Below, one piece after another: positions 48,208 to 58,467 of a DNA stretch of 64,000 bases. Source of the stretch: a virus (taxonomy: Duplodnaviria > Caudoviricetes); IMG/VR virus record IMGVR_UViG_3300021960_000065, positions 2,565 to 66,564 of that record. The stretch is one strand, 5' to 3'. Positions within the stretch are counted from its first letter, which is position 1. Each line of letters begins with the position of its first letter. A program made the position numbers and the translations under genes. The notes under the pieces were generated by a model. That model was not told where the DNA came from and did not search any database. It saw only the letters and a list, made by a program, of their open reading frames with translations.

Positions 48208-49718
48208 AAGCCCTCCAATTCAAAGTCCTCATCAAAAATGCGTGGTTGAATGAAGGGTTGTCCTCTCAAATTAGGGGGCATAATCCTGTCCCGAATTTGA
48301 CGGGCATTGATTGCACCCTTTGCCCGTTCCACCAATTCACGCATTTGACCCATGTTGAATTGTTCTATTCCATCGTCAGCCATTTCTTGCGTCATGGTGA
48401 CAGGTCTTGCTCGGTTTGGCATCACGGGATTGATTTGTGTTCCTTTGGGAACGGACATTGACATTTGACCCCTCACAGGATAACGAGCATCATGTGAATG
48501 ATGCCACTGTTGCGCCCTTTGTTGCTCATTTGGCATGAAATTGTCCACAGCGATATTGGTCTTGGGGTCAATTCCCATTTCACGCAGCCCACGATCCAAC
48601 GCACGCATAGAAGCCAATCCCGCAGGTGAGGCGAGTGCTTCTTCTATTCGCCCGGTGTTTTCCAAAAGCGAACCCATTGTGTTCAAACCAAGCCCCATGC
48701 CCCTGAAAAGTGGGTTCACATCAACCATTGGGGCTTGGCCCAATGCACTTATTTTGCCCGAAGTCACGGGCATAGTGTTTTGCCCCTTTTCTCGCAATTC
48801 GTCAGCATATTCCAAATAATTAGGAACACCGCCGCCGTATTGAACCATTTGCGGGTAATAGAACGAATAATTCTCTAATCGGTTTCGCAATTCATTGGGT
48901 AAAGGCATACGCCCCGCATGTTGTTTGGCGTTATTGAGCAACCTTTGCACTGCATAAAGAGGAATTTCGTTGTGTTCAAGAAATTCTTCGGGTGAAGAGG
49001 ATATGCCTTGTTCCGCCAACGCCTCCCACCATTCATCGTCATCGTCATAATCATCTCTTCGCAACCCCACACTCTCAGGTGTTTCATACCCCAAGCGTGT
49101 AGCGAATTCTGTTGGGTCTTGTTCCAATTGCTCTAAATGTTGTATTGCGGATGTAATAGGGATTCTCCCCAATGTTTCAATGCCCAATTCGGGTGGTATT
49201 TCACGCTGAAATGGCCCTGCATCAGCCATGAGGTGCGGTTGATACCACATATTGTAAGTGAAATCATCCCGCCCTATTTGCTTTTGAATGGCGTTCCACC
49301 CTGCCTCAAAAGCATCCTCCGATGCGGTGAACATACCACCAAACGATTCGGATGAACAGGCATCCCATTCATTTTGAAGTCGTTTCAAATCTTCAACCAA
49401 AGTGAATCCGTCTGCTGACCTTGTTCTATCCGCAACCCAAGGTTGAGCGATCCACTCTTCCAATTCTTTTTGTAATTCCTCGCATGGTTGTTCAATGATG
49501 ATTTCAATATCATCCCATGAGGCTTTTCCAAAATGCTTCCTCAACACCTCACGAAATTTCATTCGTGCTTCTTCACAACATTTGTCGCCACCCATATCGG
49601 CTTGAACGGCATCCTCAGCCTCAACGGTGATTTCAGGGTCATACATTGACGGCTCATTCACATTAGCGGGGTGTGTGAAAATACGGGGTTGCCCCTGTGG
49701 TCTTTCAAGCCCAACCAT
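48204..49718 (-). CDS. Protein with internal tag and GNAT-like C-terminal domain
   Basis: AFEAGWNAIQK|Q; VDVNPLFRGMGLG (acetyl-CoA motif A). Confidence 0.6.
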   Translation of the reverse strand: MVGLERPQGQPRIFTHPANVNEPSMYDPEITVEAEDAVQADMGGDKCCEEARMKFREVLRKHFGKASWDDIEIIIEQPCEELQKELEEWIAQPWVADRTRSADGFTLVEDLKRLQNEWDACSSESFGGMFTASEDAFEAGWNAIQKQIGRDDFTYNMWYQPHLMADAGPFQREIPPELGIETLGRIPITSAIQHLEQLEQDPTEFATRLGYETPESVGLRRDDYDDDDEWWEALAEQGISSSPEEFLEHNEIPLYAVQRLLNNAKQHAGRMPLPNELRNRLENYSFYYPQMVQYGGGVPNYLEYADELREKGQNTMPVTSGKISALGQAPMVDVNPLFRGMGLGLNTMGSLLENTGRIEEALASPAGLASMRALDRGLREMGIDPKTNIAVDNFMPNEQQRAQQWHHSHDARYPVRGQMSMSVPKGTQINPVMPNRARPVTMTQEMADDGIEQFNMGQMRELVERAKGAINARQIRDRIMPPNLRGQPFIQPRIFDEDFELEGL

Positions 49719-49720
49719 GT

Positions 49721-50782
49721 TTATTGCCCCCTATTCAACAATTGCCAAATGATTTCCATTTCCTCGTTTGATATGCTTGGGTTGTCGTGATCCAAATAGG
49801 TGATGTTTGACCCTCGCCTAAAGCAATTGCGACACTTTAGGCTGTTGGTGAGTGGGTCAATGACCTTATCACATTTGGCGGGGTTGCCGGGCAAAGAAGC
49901 AGGGCAAACAGAAGCACCCTCCACCACATTGTCATAATTGGTGAAATCAATTGCGGGGTGTTTGCCCAATTCTCTCAAGGGTCGTGACAAATTGTTGAAG
50001 TCCGACTTACCGGGTAATGATACCTTGACCGCCAAATTTTCAGGGAAGGCATCATCCTCCCAACCCCTCGCATCCAAAAATTGCTGAATAAAGGGTATTT
50101 GGCGTGTTGAAAGCCACCCATTGACTGATGGGTTTTCTTCCATGACATTGGATATGAGAGCCAATTCACCCGCCCCCATTAAGTCGCCCGCTGCCTTGAA
50201 ACGCACTACGGGTTGGTCTTTTCTTGAACCTCTTTCAAGCATAGCCGATGGAGTCAAATTGTGAGCAACACCACTTCCAAACGCTTCAGGGTTGTTCAAC
50301 AATTTGTCCAAATTGTTCCAAATTCGTGCTTGGGGACTGTTCAAAGCATATGTTCCTTGGCACGCATAACAATGTCCACAAGCAGTGTTGGGGTCATTGG
50401 GTGTTGAATAAACACAGGCTCTTGGCGGAGTGTCAAAGAATGAAGGGCCGGGCATTTTTCGTGTTTTGCTATACGGGGCGAATTCTCTTGGCTTGAGTCC
50501 CGCATCCGCCCCCGTCAAAGAATCCTGCACTTCATCCCATTCGGGTATTGGGACATTGGCTTCAAGTGGGTAATCCACCACTCTTGGTTGCCCGTTGCTA
50601 CGCAAATAGGCATCAACGATTTGTGGGTTGTTGATTATCCATTCGGTAATGTCCATAGACCTATTCGCTTTTGGGTCAGGCAATTTGCCTCCATAGCGTT
50701 TTTCCCACCAAAACATATCGTCGGGATCGCCTAACGCTTTGATGAGCAGATGGCCCAACGACATGGTTAAGGCATCCGCCAT
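49721..50782 (-). CDS. Gp88-like Cys-cluster (radical-SAM-related) protein, probable start MADAL
   Basis: AC....ACGHCYA, VRFKAAGDL, WLSTR, CP...C...CRNCF. Confidence 0.65.
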   Translation of the reverse strand: MADALTMSLGHLLIKALGDPDDMFWWEKRYGGKLPDPKANRSMDITEWIINNPQIVDAYLRSNGQPRVVDYPLEANVPIPEWDEVQDSLTGADAGLKPREFAPYSKTRKMPGPSFFDTPPRACVYSTPNDPNTACGHCYACQGTYALNSPQARIWNNLDKLLNNPEAFGSGVAHNLTPSAMLERGSRKDQPVVRFKAAGDLMGAGELALISNVMEENPSVNGWLSTRQIPFIQQFLDARGWEDDAFPENLAVKVSLPGKSDFNNLSRPLRELGKHPAIDFTNYDNVVEGASVCPASLPGNPAKCDKVIDPLTNSLKCRNCFRRGSNITYLDHDNPSISNEEMEIIWQLLNRGQ

Positions 50783-50843
50783 GTGTTTTGCACGCCTCTT
50801 CAATTGAAAATCCTTTTTGTTAAGGTTGTCAACCATCACAGGG

Positions 50844-50851
50844 TTAATATG
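50844..50851 (+). promoter_or_regulatory. TATA-like element TTAATATG upstream of the thermosome gene
   Basis: About 25-30 nt before ATG 50874 in a divergent intergenic region. Confidence 0.45.
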
Positions 50852-50873
50852 CTTGGTTTGTGTGGCGGTGAAC

Positions 50874-52445
50874 ATGATGCCCAACGGTCAAGCACCCGTA
50901 TTCATTTTGCGTGAAGGAACAGAAAGAAGTCATGGTCGTGTAGCCCAATCCAACAATATCGCTGCGGCACGAGCCGTTGCCGATGCTGTGCGTTCAACGC
51001 TTGGGCCGAAGGGCATGGACAAAATGCTCGTTGATGAGGGCGGTGATGTCATCATCACAAACGATGGGGCTACAATCCTTCGTGAAATGGACATTGAACA
51101 CCCCGCAGCGAAGATGATTATTGAAGTGTCAAAGACTCAAGAGCAGGAGTGTTATGACGGCACTACAACGGCAGTTATCCTCTCAGGTGAATTGTTGAAG
51201 AAGTCGGAGGAATTGATTTCACAAAACATCCACCCAACCACCATTTGCGACACATTCCGTAAAGTCGGAACGGAATTGAATGCGATGATTGACGACTTGG
51301 CGTTTGACGGTGATGCTGATGCTCTTTTGAGCGTGGCTCAAACCTCGCTCACGGGCAAATCCGCAGGTTCAATCAAGGAATTCTTGGGTCGCATTTGCGT
51401 TGATGCTGTCGCACGCCTCTCAGCGAGTGGTCGTGTGGACTTGAATGAAATCATGGTCGTCAAGGCTGTCGGTGGCGAGGCTATTGACAGTCGCTTGGTT
51501 TCATCAGTGGTTCTTGACAAAGAACGCTGTCACCCCAATATGCCCATTTCAGTCACCTCACCGAAGGTTTTGCTTTACAACAATTCCCTGATGGTGCAAA
51601 CCACTGAAATGGATGCCAACATCCAAATCACCGACCCCAATCAAATCACCGCATTCCTTGAGCAAGAAGAGGAATTCCTTCGCAACCTCGTTAATGACAT
51701 TGTGTCAAGCGGTGCAAAGGTGGTCGTTTGCCAAAAGGAAATTGATGATTTGGCAAAGCATTACCTTGCCAAAGCGGGTGTTCTCGCTGTTGAAAAAGTC
51801 CCCAAGTCCGACATTGAGGCTTTGTCACGAACCACAGGGGCTTCAATCCTGAATAACCTTGAGGATGTGCGGGCAGGAGAGGATGTTTTGGGCGAATGTG
51901 GCTTGGTTGAGGAAAAGAAAATCGGTGAATTGCCGATGGTTTTCTTTGAAGATCCTGCAAACGCTGTGCCTGTCACTCTCATCCTTCGTGGTGGGACTGT
52001 TCCTTTCGTTGAGGAAATTGAGCGTGCCTTTGACGATGCCGTTGGTGTCGTGTCCGTTGCTCACGAGGATGGCAAAGTGCTAACGGGTGGCGGGTCTGTT
52101 TTCGCTGCGCTTTCGCACAAATTGCACGACTTGGCTCAAACCCAACATGGTCGTGAGCGTATGGCGACTGAGGCGTTTGCCGAAGCGTTGCTTGTTGTTC
52201 CTCGCACGCTCGTGGAGAACGCAGGGCTTGACCCCGTTGATGAAATGATGACACTACGCACCCACCACGCATCAAACGACAACACCGCATACGGTGTTAA
52301 TGTCTTTGAGGGTGGTTTGGCGGATATGGCTGAGGCAGGAGTCTTTGAGCCAAAGCGTGTGGTTGCTCAAGCAATCAAGTCAGCGGTTGAAACCGCTATT
52401 ATGATTCTCCGCATTGACGATGTGATTTCATCAAAGAAGGCTTAG
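50874..52445 (+). CDS. ths: Thermosome subunit (group II chaperonin)
   Basis: [40 protein letters not shown]; helical protrusion present. Confidence 0.97.
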   Translation: MMPNGQAPVFILREGTERSHGRVAQSNNIAAARAVADAVRSTLGPKGMDKMLVDEGGDVIITNDGATILREMDIEHPAAKMIIEVSKTQEQECYDGTTTAVILSGELLKKSEELISQNIHPTTICDTFRKVGTELNAMIDDLAFDGDADALLSVAQTSLTGKSAGSIKEFLGRICVDAVARLSASGRVDLNEIMVVKAVGGEAIDSRLVSSVVLDKERCHPNMPISVTSPKVLLYNNSLMVQTTEMDANIQITDPNQITAFLEQEEEFLRNLVNDIVSSGAKVVVCQKEIDDLAKHYLAKAGVLAVEKVPKSDIEALSRTTGASILNNLEDVRAGEDVLGECGLVEEKKIGELPMVFFEDPANAVPVTLILRGGTVPFVEEIERAFDDAVGVVSVAHEDGKVLTGGGSVFAALSHKLHDLAQTQHGRERMATEAFAEALLVVPRTLVENAGLDPVDEMMTLRTHHASNDNTAYGVNVFEGGLADMAEAGVFEPKRVVAQAIKSAVETAIMILRIDDVISSKKA

Positions 52446-53666
52446 AACATCCTTTGGGTGCATTGGTTCAGGCGAAAAGTGCCGTTGCTCAAGCAATTGC
52501 GAAAGGTGTTCACGCGCCATAGGTTTGTCACCAAGCGTGTAGGTATCAATTGACCCTGTTCTGTGCATAGGATCGTAGCGTTGAGTCCATTCCATCAATT
52601 GTGCTTGTTTTTCAGGTGGGACATTCAAATCCCATTTTTCATAAGCATCCATCATGCCCGGTGTGTTCACGAATTGGTTTGTTTCTTGGACATTCATACC
52701 TTGTCGTGTGCTGTCACGATTGACAAACGCCCCAAGGTTCTCCATCAGTCTTTTGTGTGCTGCATCGGCAGCATCACTCCTTGCGTCTTTCAATGACCCC
52801 AAAGTGCCATAATGCTCAATTAGGGCAGGAAGAACCCGTTCACTATACAGCCCTTGACCTTGATAGCCGTCATCAATGTTCGCATGAACAATCGGAATGG
52901 GTTGGTTGGTGTAAGGTTCGGTGAATAGTGAATAGGCCGTTGTGTGAGGTTCATTTTTTTGATATGGTCTTAACTCCCCATCAGCATCCAATCGTGACTC
53001 AATGAATCTGTTAAATTGGGTTGGCAATTGTGGGCGTGGGAGGTCAATAGCGAAACGCCCCACTTCAAATGGCTTAGGGAGGCTTGTGTCAAACAACGCC
53101 CATTGGTCTTTGTTTGGGAGTTTTGCACTCAAAGGACTCCCAACGAGCGAATAACCTGACTCATCGTATTTTTCAATGCCGTCATCCTCATCCTGTGATT
53201 CCATGTGTTGTTGATTCATTTGTCGTATTTGTTCCATCATTTGAGCATAATTCTCGTCAAACATTGGGTTTTCATAAGTCAAAACACCGGGACTACGCTC
53301 GTTTTCCACAGCGTCGGGCCAAATGTCCTGTGGCGGTATGGGTTCGCTTGACACAAATGATGCCTGTTCGCCCACTTGGTTAGGATCGTAGCCTAACATA
53401 GCGAGCATCATAGGACTGTGATCAGCACCGGGTGTCATTCGTGGGTCGCCCTCATCACGCCAAAACGGAATGACGGACACATGGGGGCTTTGCCTGTTGG
53501 TGAATGAAATCCACCTGCGTGCAATTTCAGGGTCAAGGGAGGCATAAACCTCGCCAAAATTGCTACGAATACCTTCACGCAGGATAGGGTCAAGGTTCTC
53601 CGAGGGTGTTGCGTGGTAATACATGGGCATTTTCACAATAGCCCAAGCGGAGTCAAATGCACTCAT
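52431..53666 (-). CDS. Tagged ADP-ribosyltransferase-like (Tpt1/KptA-type) plus GNAT-like two-domain protein
   Basis: AFDSAWAIVK|MP; YYHAT..NL..IL.EGI, VYAS, IPP; linker GIEK|Y; YQGQGLY. Confidence 0.65.
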   Translation of the reverse strand: MSAFDSAWAIVKMPMYYHATPSENLDPILREGIRSNFGEVYASLDPEIARRWISFTNRQSPHVSVIPFWRDEGDPRMTPGADHSPMMLAMLGYDPNQVGEQASFVSSEPIPPQDIWPDAVENERSPGVLTYENPMFDENYAQMMEQIRQMNQQHMESQDEDDGIEKYDESGYSLVGSPLSAKLPNKDQWALFDTSLPKPFEVGRFAIDLPRPQLPTQFNRFIESRLDADGELRPYQKNEPHTTAYSLFTEPYTNQPIPIVHANIDDGYQGQGLYSERVLPALIEHYGTLGSLKDARSDAADAAHKRLMENLGAFVNRDSTRQGMNVQETNQFVNTPGMMDAYEKWDLNVPPEKQAQLMEWTQRYDPMHRTGSIDTYTLGDKPMAREHLSQLLEQRHFSPEPMHPKDVLSLL

Positions 53667-54220
53667 GCTTCATCCCTCCACAAATCATCACGAATGGGCC
53701 AAGAAGGTTCATCCATCCGATTCCACACCGACTGTGGATTTTCACCCAATGCGTTAGTCCAAAGCCCCCTTGACGCATCACTTAGTGAATTGGATGGTGT
53801 GAGGGGTCGTTTCATGTATTCGTTGAGAATCGCCGCCGCCATGTCATACATCGCTGTTCCATATCCCCTTCTTCTAACCTGATGTGGGACAAATGAATGA
53901 TAGGGCCAAAAAGACTGACCTTGTTTTCGTTGTTCACCCGTTGTGAAGATTGACATTGGGAGGTCATTGAGTGCCAATCTCCCCAATACATATTCTTCGG
54001 GATTAGGGTGATGGATTTCAACAAGCATTCGGGTTGCATCATCAATCCTATCATCAAAATTTTCACTATTTGGTGTTGCCGTCATTCGGAATGAATCATT
54101 CGTTATGGGATCTTCAAAGTCAGCATGAAATTCATCACCTTCTCGCCTAAGCGAATTGGGAACAATGGGCATTTTCACGATAGCCCATGCTGAATCAAAC
54201 GCCTCGCAAAATGTCATCAT
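53663..54220 (-). CDS. Tagged GNAT acetyltransferase
   Basis: AFDSAWAIVK|MP; VRRRGYGTAMY. Confidence 0.75.
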   Translation of the reverse strand: MMTFCEAFDSAWAIVKMPIVPNSLRREGDEFHADFEDPITNDSFRMTATPNSENFDDRIDDATRMLVEIHHPNPEEYVLGRLALNDLPMSIFTTGEQRKQGQSFWPYHSFVPHQVRRRGYGTAMYDMAAAILNEYMKRPLTPSNSLSDASRGLWTNALGENPQSVWNRMDEPSWPIRDDLWRDEA

Positions 54221-55004
54221 ACCACCTCCTTAATTGAGAAGCCTTTTCACTAAGTCTGTTCGTGTAGGTGAAAACGGCCTGAATTTCTTCTTTGTTCGCA
54301 TTGTCCCAATCAATGCTATCCTCTAAACGGTCTATTTCAGCCCGCAATTCGTCTATTTTTCCTAACCTTTCCATTTCGCTTTTGGCATTCATTCTCGCAC
54401 GATTGCCCATAATTTGTGCTTGTTCGTAGGGGTCTTTGACTCCTTTAATAGCCGTAGCGATTTCTTTGATTTTTTGCATACGGGGTGTTTGAGGATTTTC
54501 CACATACCCTTCTTCATTGACACTTGGGTGACTATACAAAGCCCTCAATTTAGCCATGAAATTGGGGTGCTTTGTGTCAGCCTCGTGTTCAGCGGTATAT
54601 GCGGGGTATTCGTGTCCTTGTGGCTGTTGTCCGTAAAGACGCTGTAATCGTGGTTCAGCCCAATGCACTGCTTGGTGAGTGGCTTCATGGAGTCCGACAG
54701 CACCCGTGTGATACATCAAATCCTTCTCCTGTTCTTCTGTTAGTGAATCAACACCGTCAGGAAATTGCCTTCCAAAGTGAACAGCAGGGTTTAGCACCGC
54801 ATAACTTGATGGGCGGTCAAAAGGCGGTGGCCCTCCAATCGTCGGTTGTCGCAATATAGCACCTCCACTTGCGTTTTGATTGTCCTCATCAAATGTGAAG
54901 TCCATTGGGCCAAAACCACCCTCGGCATAAGGAAAACCCCTAATGTATTCTGTGTGTGAAATGCTCGCCTTCAACAGCGACCAAACGGTTTCAAACGGGT
55001 TCAT
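54195..55004 (-). CDS. Tagged HExxH zincin-like protein
   Basis: PFETVWSLLK|A; LHEATH...HEYPAYTAE. Confidence 0.65.
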   Translation of the reverse strand: MNPFETVWSLLKASISHTEYIRGFPYAEGGFGPMDFTFDEDNQNASGGAILRQPTIGGPPPFDRPSSYAVLNPAVHFGRQFPDGVDSLTEEQEKDLMYHTGAVGLHEATHQAVHWAEPRLQRLYGQQPQGHEYPAYTAEHEADTKHPNFMAKLRALYSHPSVNEEGYVENPQTPRMQKIKEIATAIKGVKDPYEQAQIMGNRARMNAKSEMERLGKIDELRAEIDRLEDSIDWDNANKEEIQAVFTYTNRLSEKASQLRRWYDDILRGV

Positions 55005-55764
55005 TTTCTTCCACCTCGTCAGTAGCGTAAGTCGCCAAGTAATTGGCGCGAAGCCAATTGTTCAATTCTTGAGGCGTGGTTCTCACCTGCCCCATACCGT
55101 GTAAAATTTTGTGCTGTCGCAACAATTCCCTTTGTTGCTCATCGGTCATGGTTTGTAAATGGCCGAAATCCCACATCATCCGATCTATCCAATCGTAGCG
55201 TTGCATAGAAGCATCACGCCAATTTTTCAAGCGAGTAGCCAATTCATTCAATTCTTCCTCCCCCAACCTTCGCATTGTGTGTGGGGGGACATCTCCTTTA
55301 GTGCGCCATTGAATCGTGTGTTCGGGATAGGCATAGTGTGTCAATTCACCTGAGTCGTATTCATCTCGTTGCCATTTGGGTTCTTTAATCCACTCAGGGG
55401 CATCGGGATGGTTTTCATCAATTTCAAAAATATCTGAACCGTAGGCACGAGCCTGATTGAAAGCACCGAGCATTCCCGCAGGTGCTTGAAGGGTTTCTCT
55501 CTCGGTTGGCCCTGCGGCGTATTTCCAAGTGTCGCCCAACATCATCCGTTCCCAATCCTCTTCGCTGTAATCACGCAAAAATCGTTCTTTGATTTGTTCA
55601 ATGGGCCAATCATAGTCCTCGTTCCTGCGACTGTCATAGACATATTCCTGTAAATCCGCCGCTTCATCGCCAACATTCAAGCCCTCACGCTCAACATCGT
55701 CACCCCAATAAGTGCCGTGATAAAGGGCTTTCATAATAACCCATGCGGAGTCAAAGGCGTTCAT
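54991..55764 (-). CDS. Tagged ADP-ribosyltransferase-like protein (probable start MNAFDSAW)
   Basis: AFDSAWVIMK|A; LYHGT..EGL, ARAYG, IFEID, VPP. Confidence 0.6.
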   Translation of the reverse strand: MNAFDSAWVIMKALYHGTYWGDDVEREGLNVGDEAADLQEYVYDSRRNEDYDWPIEQIKERFLRDYSEEDWERMMLGDTWKYAAGPTERETLQAPAGMLGAFNQARAYGSDIFEIDENHPDAPEWIKEPKWQRDEYDSGELTHYAYPEHTIQWRTKGDVPPHTMRRLGEEELNELATRLKNWRDASMQRYDWIDRMMWDFGHLQTMTDEQQRELLRQHKILHGMGQVRTTPQELNNWLRANYLATYATDEVEENEPV

Positions 55765-56696
55765 CACGCAACCCTCCAATGTAGGTTGTCTTGAAACTCG
55801 CTGAACGCCCCCGTTGGGTCGTTTGCTTCTTCCCACCGTCCGTCAAATTGACGCAATTCTGTCATGGGAATGTCCTGTGCGCTCAAACCTTTCGGCAAAT
55901 CGGGGATAAGACGACCCATGCCGGGAACCAATTCACGCCCAAAGAAAAACGAGGGAGGCACAGCATCACGCCTTCGCCCAAAGGATGCAGGAATACCATA
56001 CCCACCTGTCGCTTTGCGGTGTTCTTCATTCATGTTGTAATCAAAGGATTCGGGGTATTCCTCCGCTAAATGGGGCAATTGAGCATATCTGTTGGAGGTT
56101 AAGCCCATCAAACGCCTCATGTCCTCTCCGTATATCATGTCCTCATCATAATTGAATTGGGGTTTTCGCAATTTGCGATCATAACCACTTGACACCATGT
56201 AAGCGGGAATGTAGGGTGCGCCCATCGTCCTTAACGCTTCAACACGGTGGTTGCCCTCTCCAATGCCCCATCCCGATGGGGTGAAGTGCAATTGGGGGAT
56301 GGCTACATTACCAACAGCATCCAACCCTGCCGCCGCTTTGTCGTAGCGTTTTCTGCCTTCTTCTATTACATCAAGTCCCTTTTCTTCATCAGAACGGCGT
56401 TTCCACCATTCCGAATCACGACCTAACATTCCATGTTCCATTATGCTCTCCATCAATTCTTCAATGCGCTGTTTGCCGTAATCTCCCCCGTAAGTGCTTG
56501 AAGGCAAAACCTCCTGCCAATGCCTCGTGGGGGGCAACATTTCAGTCGGCACAAAATCCAACGGGGATGAAGAACCCGCATACCTGCGTTTGTTCTTACC
56601 TCGTCCACCTAACACTTCATAGAGAGGGGCATAGATTTCCTCCCACATCCCCTCATCAATTTTGATGATTGCCCATGCGGTGTCAAAAGCGGTCAT
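55764..56696 (-). CDS. Tagged ParB/Srx-like protein
   Basis: AFDTAWAIIK|I; IEELMESIMEHG, IGEGNHRVEAL...IPA. Confidence 0.7.
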   Translation of the reverse strand: MTAFDTAWAIIKIDEGMWEEIYAPLYEVLGGRGKNKRRYAGSSSPLDFVPTEMLPPTRHWQEVLPSSTYGGDYGKQRIEELMESIMEHGMLGRDSEWWKRRSDEEKGLDVIEEGRKRYDKAAAGLDAVGNVAIPQLHFTPSGWGIGEGNHRVEALRTMGAPYIPAYMVSSGYDRKLRKPQFNYDEDMIYGEDMRRLMGLTSNRYAQLPHLAEEYPESFDYNMNEEHRKATGGYGIPASFGRRRDAVPPSFFFGRELVPGMGRLIPDLPKGLSAQDIPMTELRQFDGRWEEANDPTGAFSEFQDNLHWRVA

Positions 56697-57412
56697 GCAA
56701 TCACCTCTCCACCAATTTCGCTCATCAGTGTTTCCATATTTGTGTTGGGAAACGCTGCCCCATACGGTGTAATAACGGATAATTCGCCCACGACACGAGA
56801 ATCATCAGGAATGAGCATACGCACACCATGTGACGGATGGTCGTTTTTATCCTGTTGTTGTGTCAAAACGAAGCCACCAAATTTGTTGGGTATTCGCTTA
56901 CCGTCTTTGTCGTAATCGTAGGGCCAATAGGAAGCCAACGGTGCGGGCTGTCCTTCTTGATTAAGCACCACAGGATTGCCACGCTTATCGTATTCAATAT
57001 CGTAATCCATCAAATCCTGTGGATTTGCTTGATTAAAGAGCATTTGATCAATAATCTCACGGCTTGTCATACCCTGCACGAACCCGTGTTTGTTGCGACG
57101 ACCCTCATTCCAAGCCCTCGCTTGATCGTTTCTTTTGATGTTAAATTCAGCAAAGGCATCCATTGGGATGGTGGATGAAGTGGCGAGAGTGGTGTAGTCA
57201 CGCATTTTGCCGTCAGGCTTTCGCAATTTCGCTTGAAGGGACATCATGGGGCGTTCTTTCCAATAATTACGCAGGTTTCGGAATGAACGGATAGGTTGCT
57301 CGCCCTCAAGCAAGGTGTGTTGCTTTTCACCCAACCACCTCTCCCCTTCAGGAGTCATAGTGGGTGCTTCGTAGCCTTTTACCACCAACCACCCGGTGTC
57401 AAACGGGGTCAT
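56693..57412 (-). CDS. Tagged hypothetical protein
   Basis: PFDTGWLVVK|G. Confidence 0.65.
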   Translation of the reverse strand: MTPFDTGWLVVKGYEAPTMTPEGERWLGEKQHTLLEGEQPIRSFRNLRNYWKERPMMSLQAKLRKPDGKMRDYTTLATSSTIPMDAFAEFNIKRNDQARAWNEGRRNKHGFVQGMTSREIIDQMLFNQANPQDLMDYDIEYDKRGNPVVLNQEGQPAPLASYWPYDYDKDGKRIPNKFGGFVLTQQQDKNDHPSHGVRMLIPDDSRVVGELSVITPYGAAFPNTNMETLMSEIGGEVIA

Positions 57413-57518
57413 TTTTCTTTACCCCCGTCACCATGCACTTCTTGGTCTTAGCCTCACGCTCATCCAAACGCTTGCTGTGATAGTCAAACCACTCATCAAG
57501 CAATTTACAGCGCGTCAT
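57399..57518 (-). CDS. Small hypothetical ORF (39 aa)
   Basis: ATGA overlap with the lyase stop; MTRCKLLDEWFDYH...; fills the gap. Confidence 0.4.
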   Translation of the reverse strand: MTRCKLLDEWFDYHSKRLDEREAKTKKCMVTGVKKNDPV

Positions 57519-58402
57519 AGCCTCACCACCGACCTGATACGCCCTGTGGCTTCTTGCATTTTACCTTTAATGACGGAGGTAAGAGTGGGGTAGCGAATCT
57601 GTTTGGCGAATTCCGCCGCCTCTCGCACCGCTTTATCGTTCAAGGGGCAGCGAATGCCCTTGTCCCTGCACCACTTGAGCAGATCCTCAGTCGCCAAATT
57701 CGCACCTGAGTCCTTGACAAAGGGGCAACCCCCCAAACCACCGATGCTTGTGTCAAATTCAAACACACCGTTGAGGTATGCGGTTTCCACATTGGGCATG
57801 AGGTTTTTGCCGTGATGCAAATGCACAGCGAGGTTTTCTGTGTAATCGTTGGCTACATCAATACCCAAAGCGATGTCAAAGGGTTTTGCTGTTCCCGAAG
57901 TGTCGCATAACACGATTTTTTCACCATAGGTGAGTCCTTTTTGCACGACTTCGGCTAATTGTTCAACGCAACCGCCAAATGCCTTTGAAATATACACACG
58001 CACATTTTCACGAGGCACACCCGTCAGCATTTTGTCATAAATTGCTGTGATTGCCTCAAGGTCTTTACCGAAATTTTTCTTGTTGAAATCATCATTAGGG
58101 GACAGCACAATGTTGAATTTGGTCGCCCCAACCGCCTTTGCACGCTCTAAACCCCTGTCATTCATCACCAATACCGAATATGAAACACCGTTGTTCCTGC
58201 GGAGAACCCCCTGCACCACCTCTTCGCCATCAGCCATGTTCGGAACAAGGCGCGGATTGACAAACGAAGCCACTTCAATGTGCTTCACATTTGTCTTTTC
58301 AATGAGGCTGATTAGGTGCAATTTGTCCTCCGTAGCCACGAAATGCGACAGGTTTTGAAGGCCGTCGCGGGGTGCTACCTCAAAAATGGTAATACCCGCC
58401 AT
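57515..58402 (-). CDS. hmgL: Hydroxymethylglutaryl-CoA lyase (DRE-TIM metallolyase)
   Basis: EVAPRDGLQN, IEVASFVNPRLVPNMAD, LCDTSG, VHLH, GGLGGCPF, GANLATEDL. Confidence 0.92.
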   Translation of the reverse strand: MAGITIFEVAPRDGLQNLSHFVATEDKLHLISLIEKTNVKHIEVASFVNPRLVPNMADGEEVVQGVLRRNNGVSYSVLVMNDRGLERAKAVGATKFNIVLSPNDDFNKKNFGKDLEAITAIYDKMLTGVPRENVRVYISKAFGGCVEQLAEVVQKGLTYGEKIVLCDTSGTAKPFDIALGIDVANDYTENLAVHLHHGKNLMPNVETAYLNGVFEFDTSIGGLGGCPFVKDSGANLATEDLLKWCRDKGIRCPLNDKAVREAAEFAKQIRYPTLTSVIKGKMQEATGRIRSVVRL

Positions 58403-58443
58403 GTGCGCTGTGAGGGCGTGACGGCTGAAAAAGTTAGCGGGGG

Positions 58444-58467
58444 TCAGGCGGTGTCAAAGGCGGTCAA
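58444..58467 (-). pseudogene. Orphan tag remnant TTG ACC GCC TTT GAC ACC GCC TGA
   Basis: Nearly identical to the ATGACCGCCTTTGACACCGC leaders at 59587 and 60297, but with TTG start and TGA in place of TGG. Confidence 0.75.

Noticed and set aside
262-50496. Numerous plus-strand and nested short ORFs in the track
   Set aside because: They are antisense or off-frame shadows of long coupled minus-strand genes.
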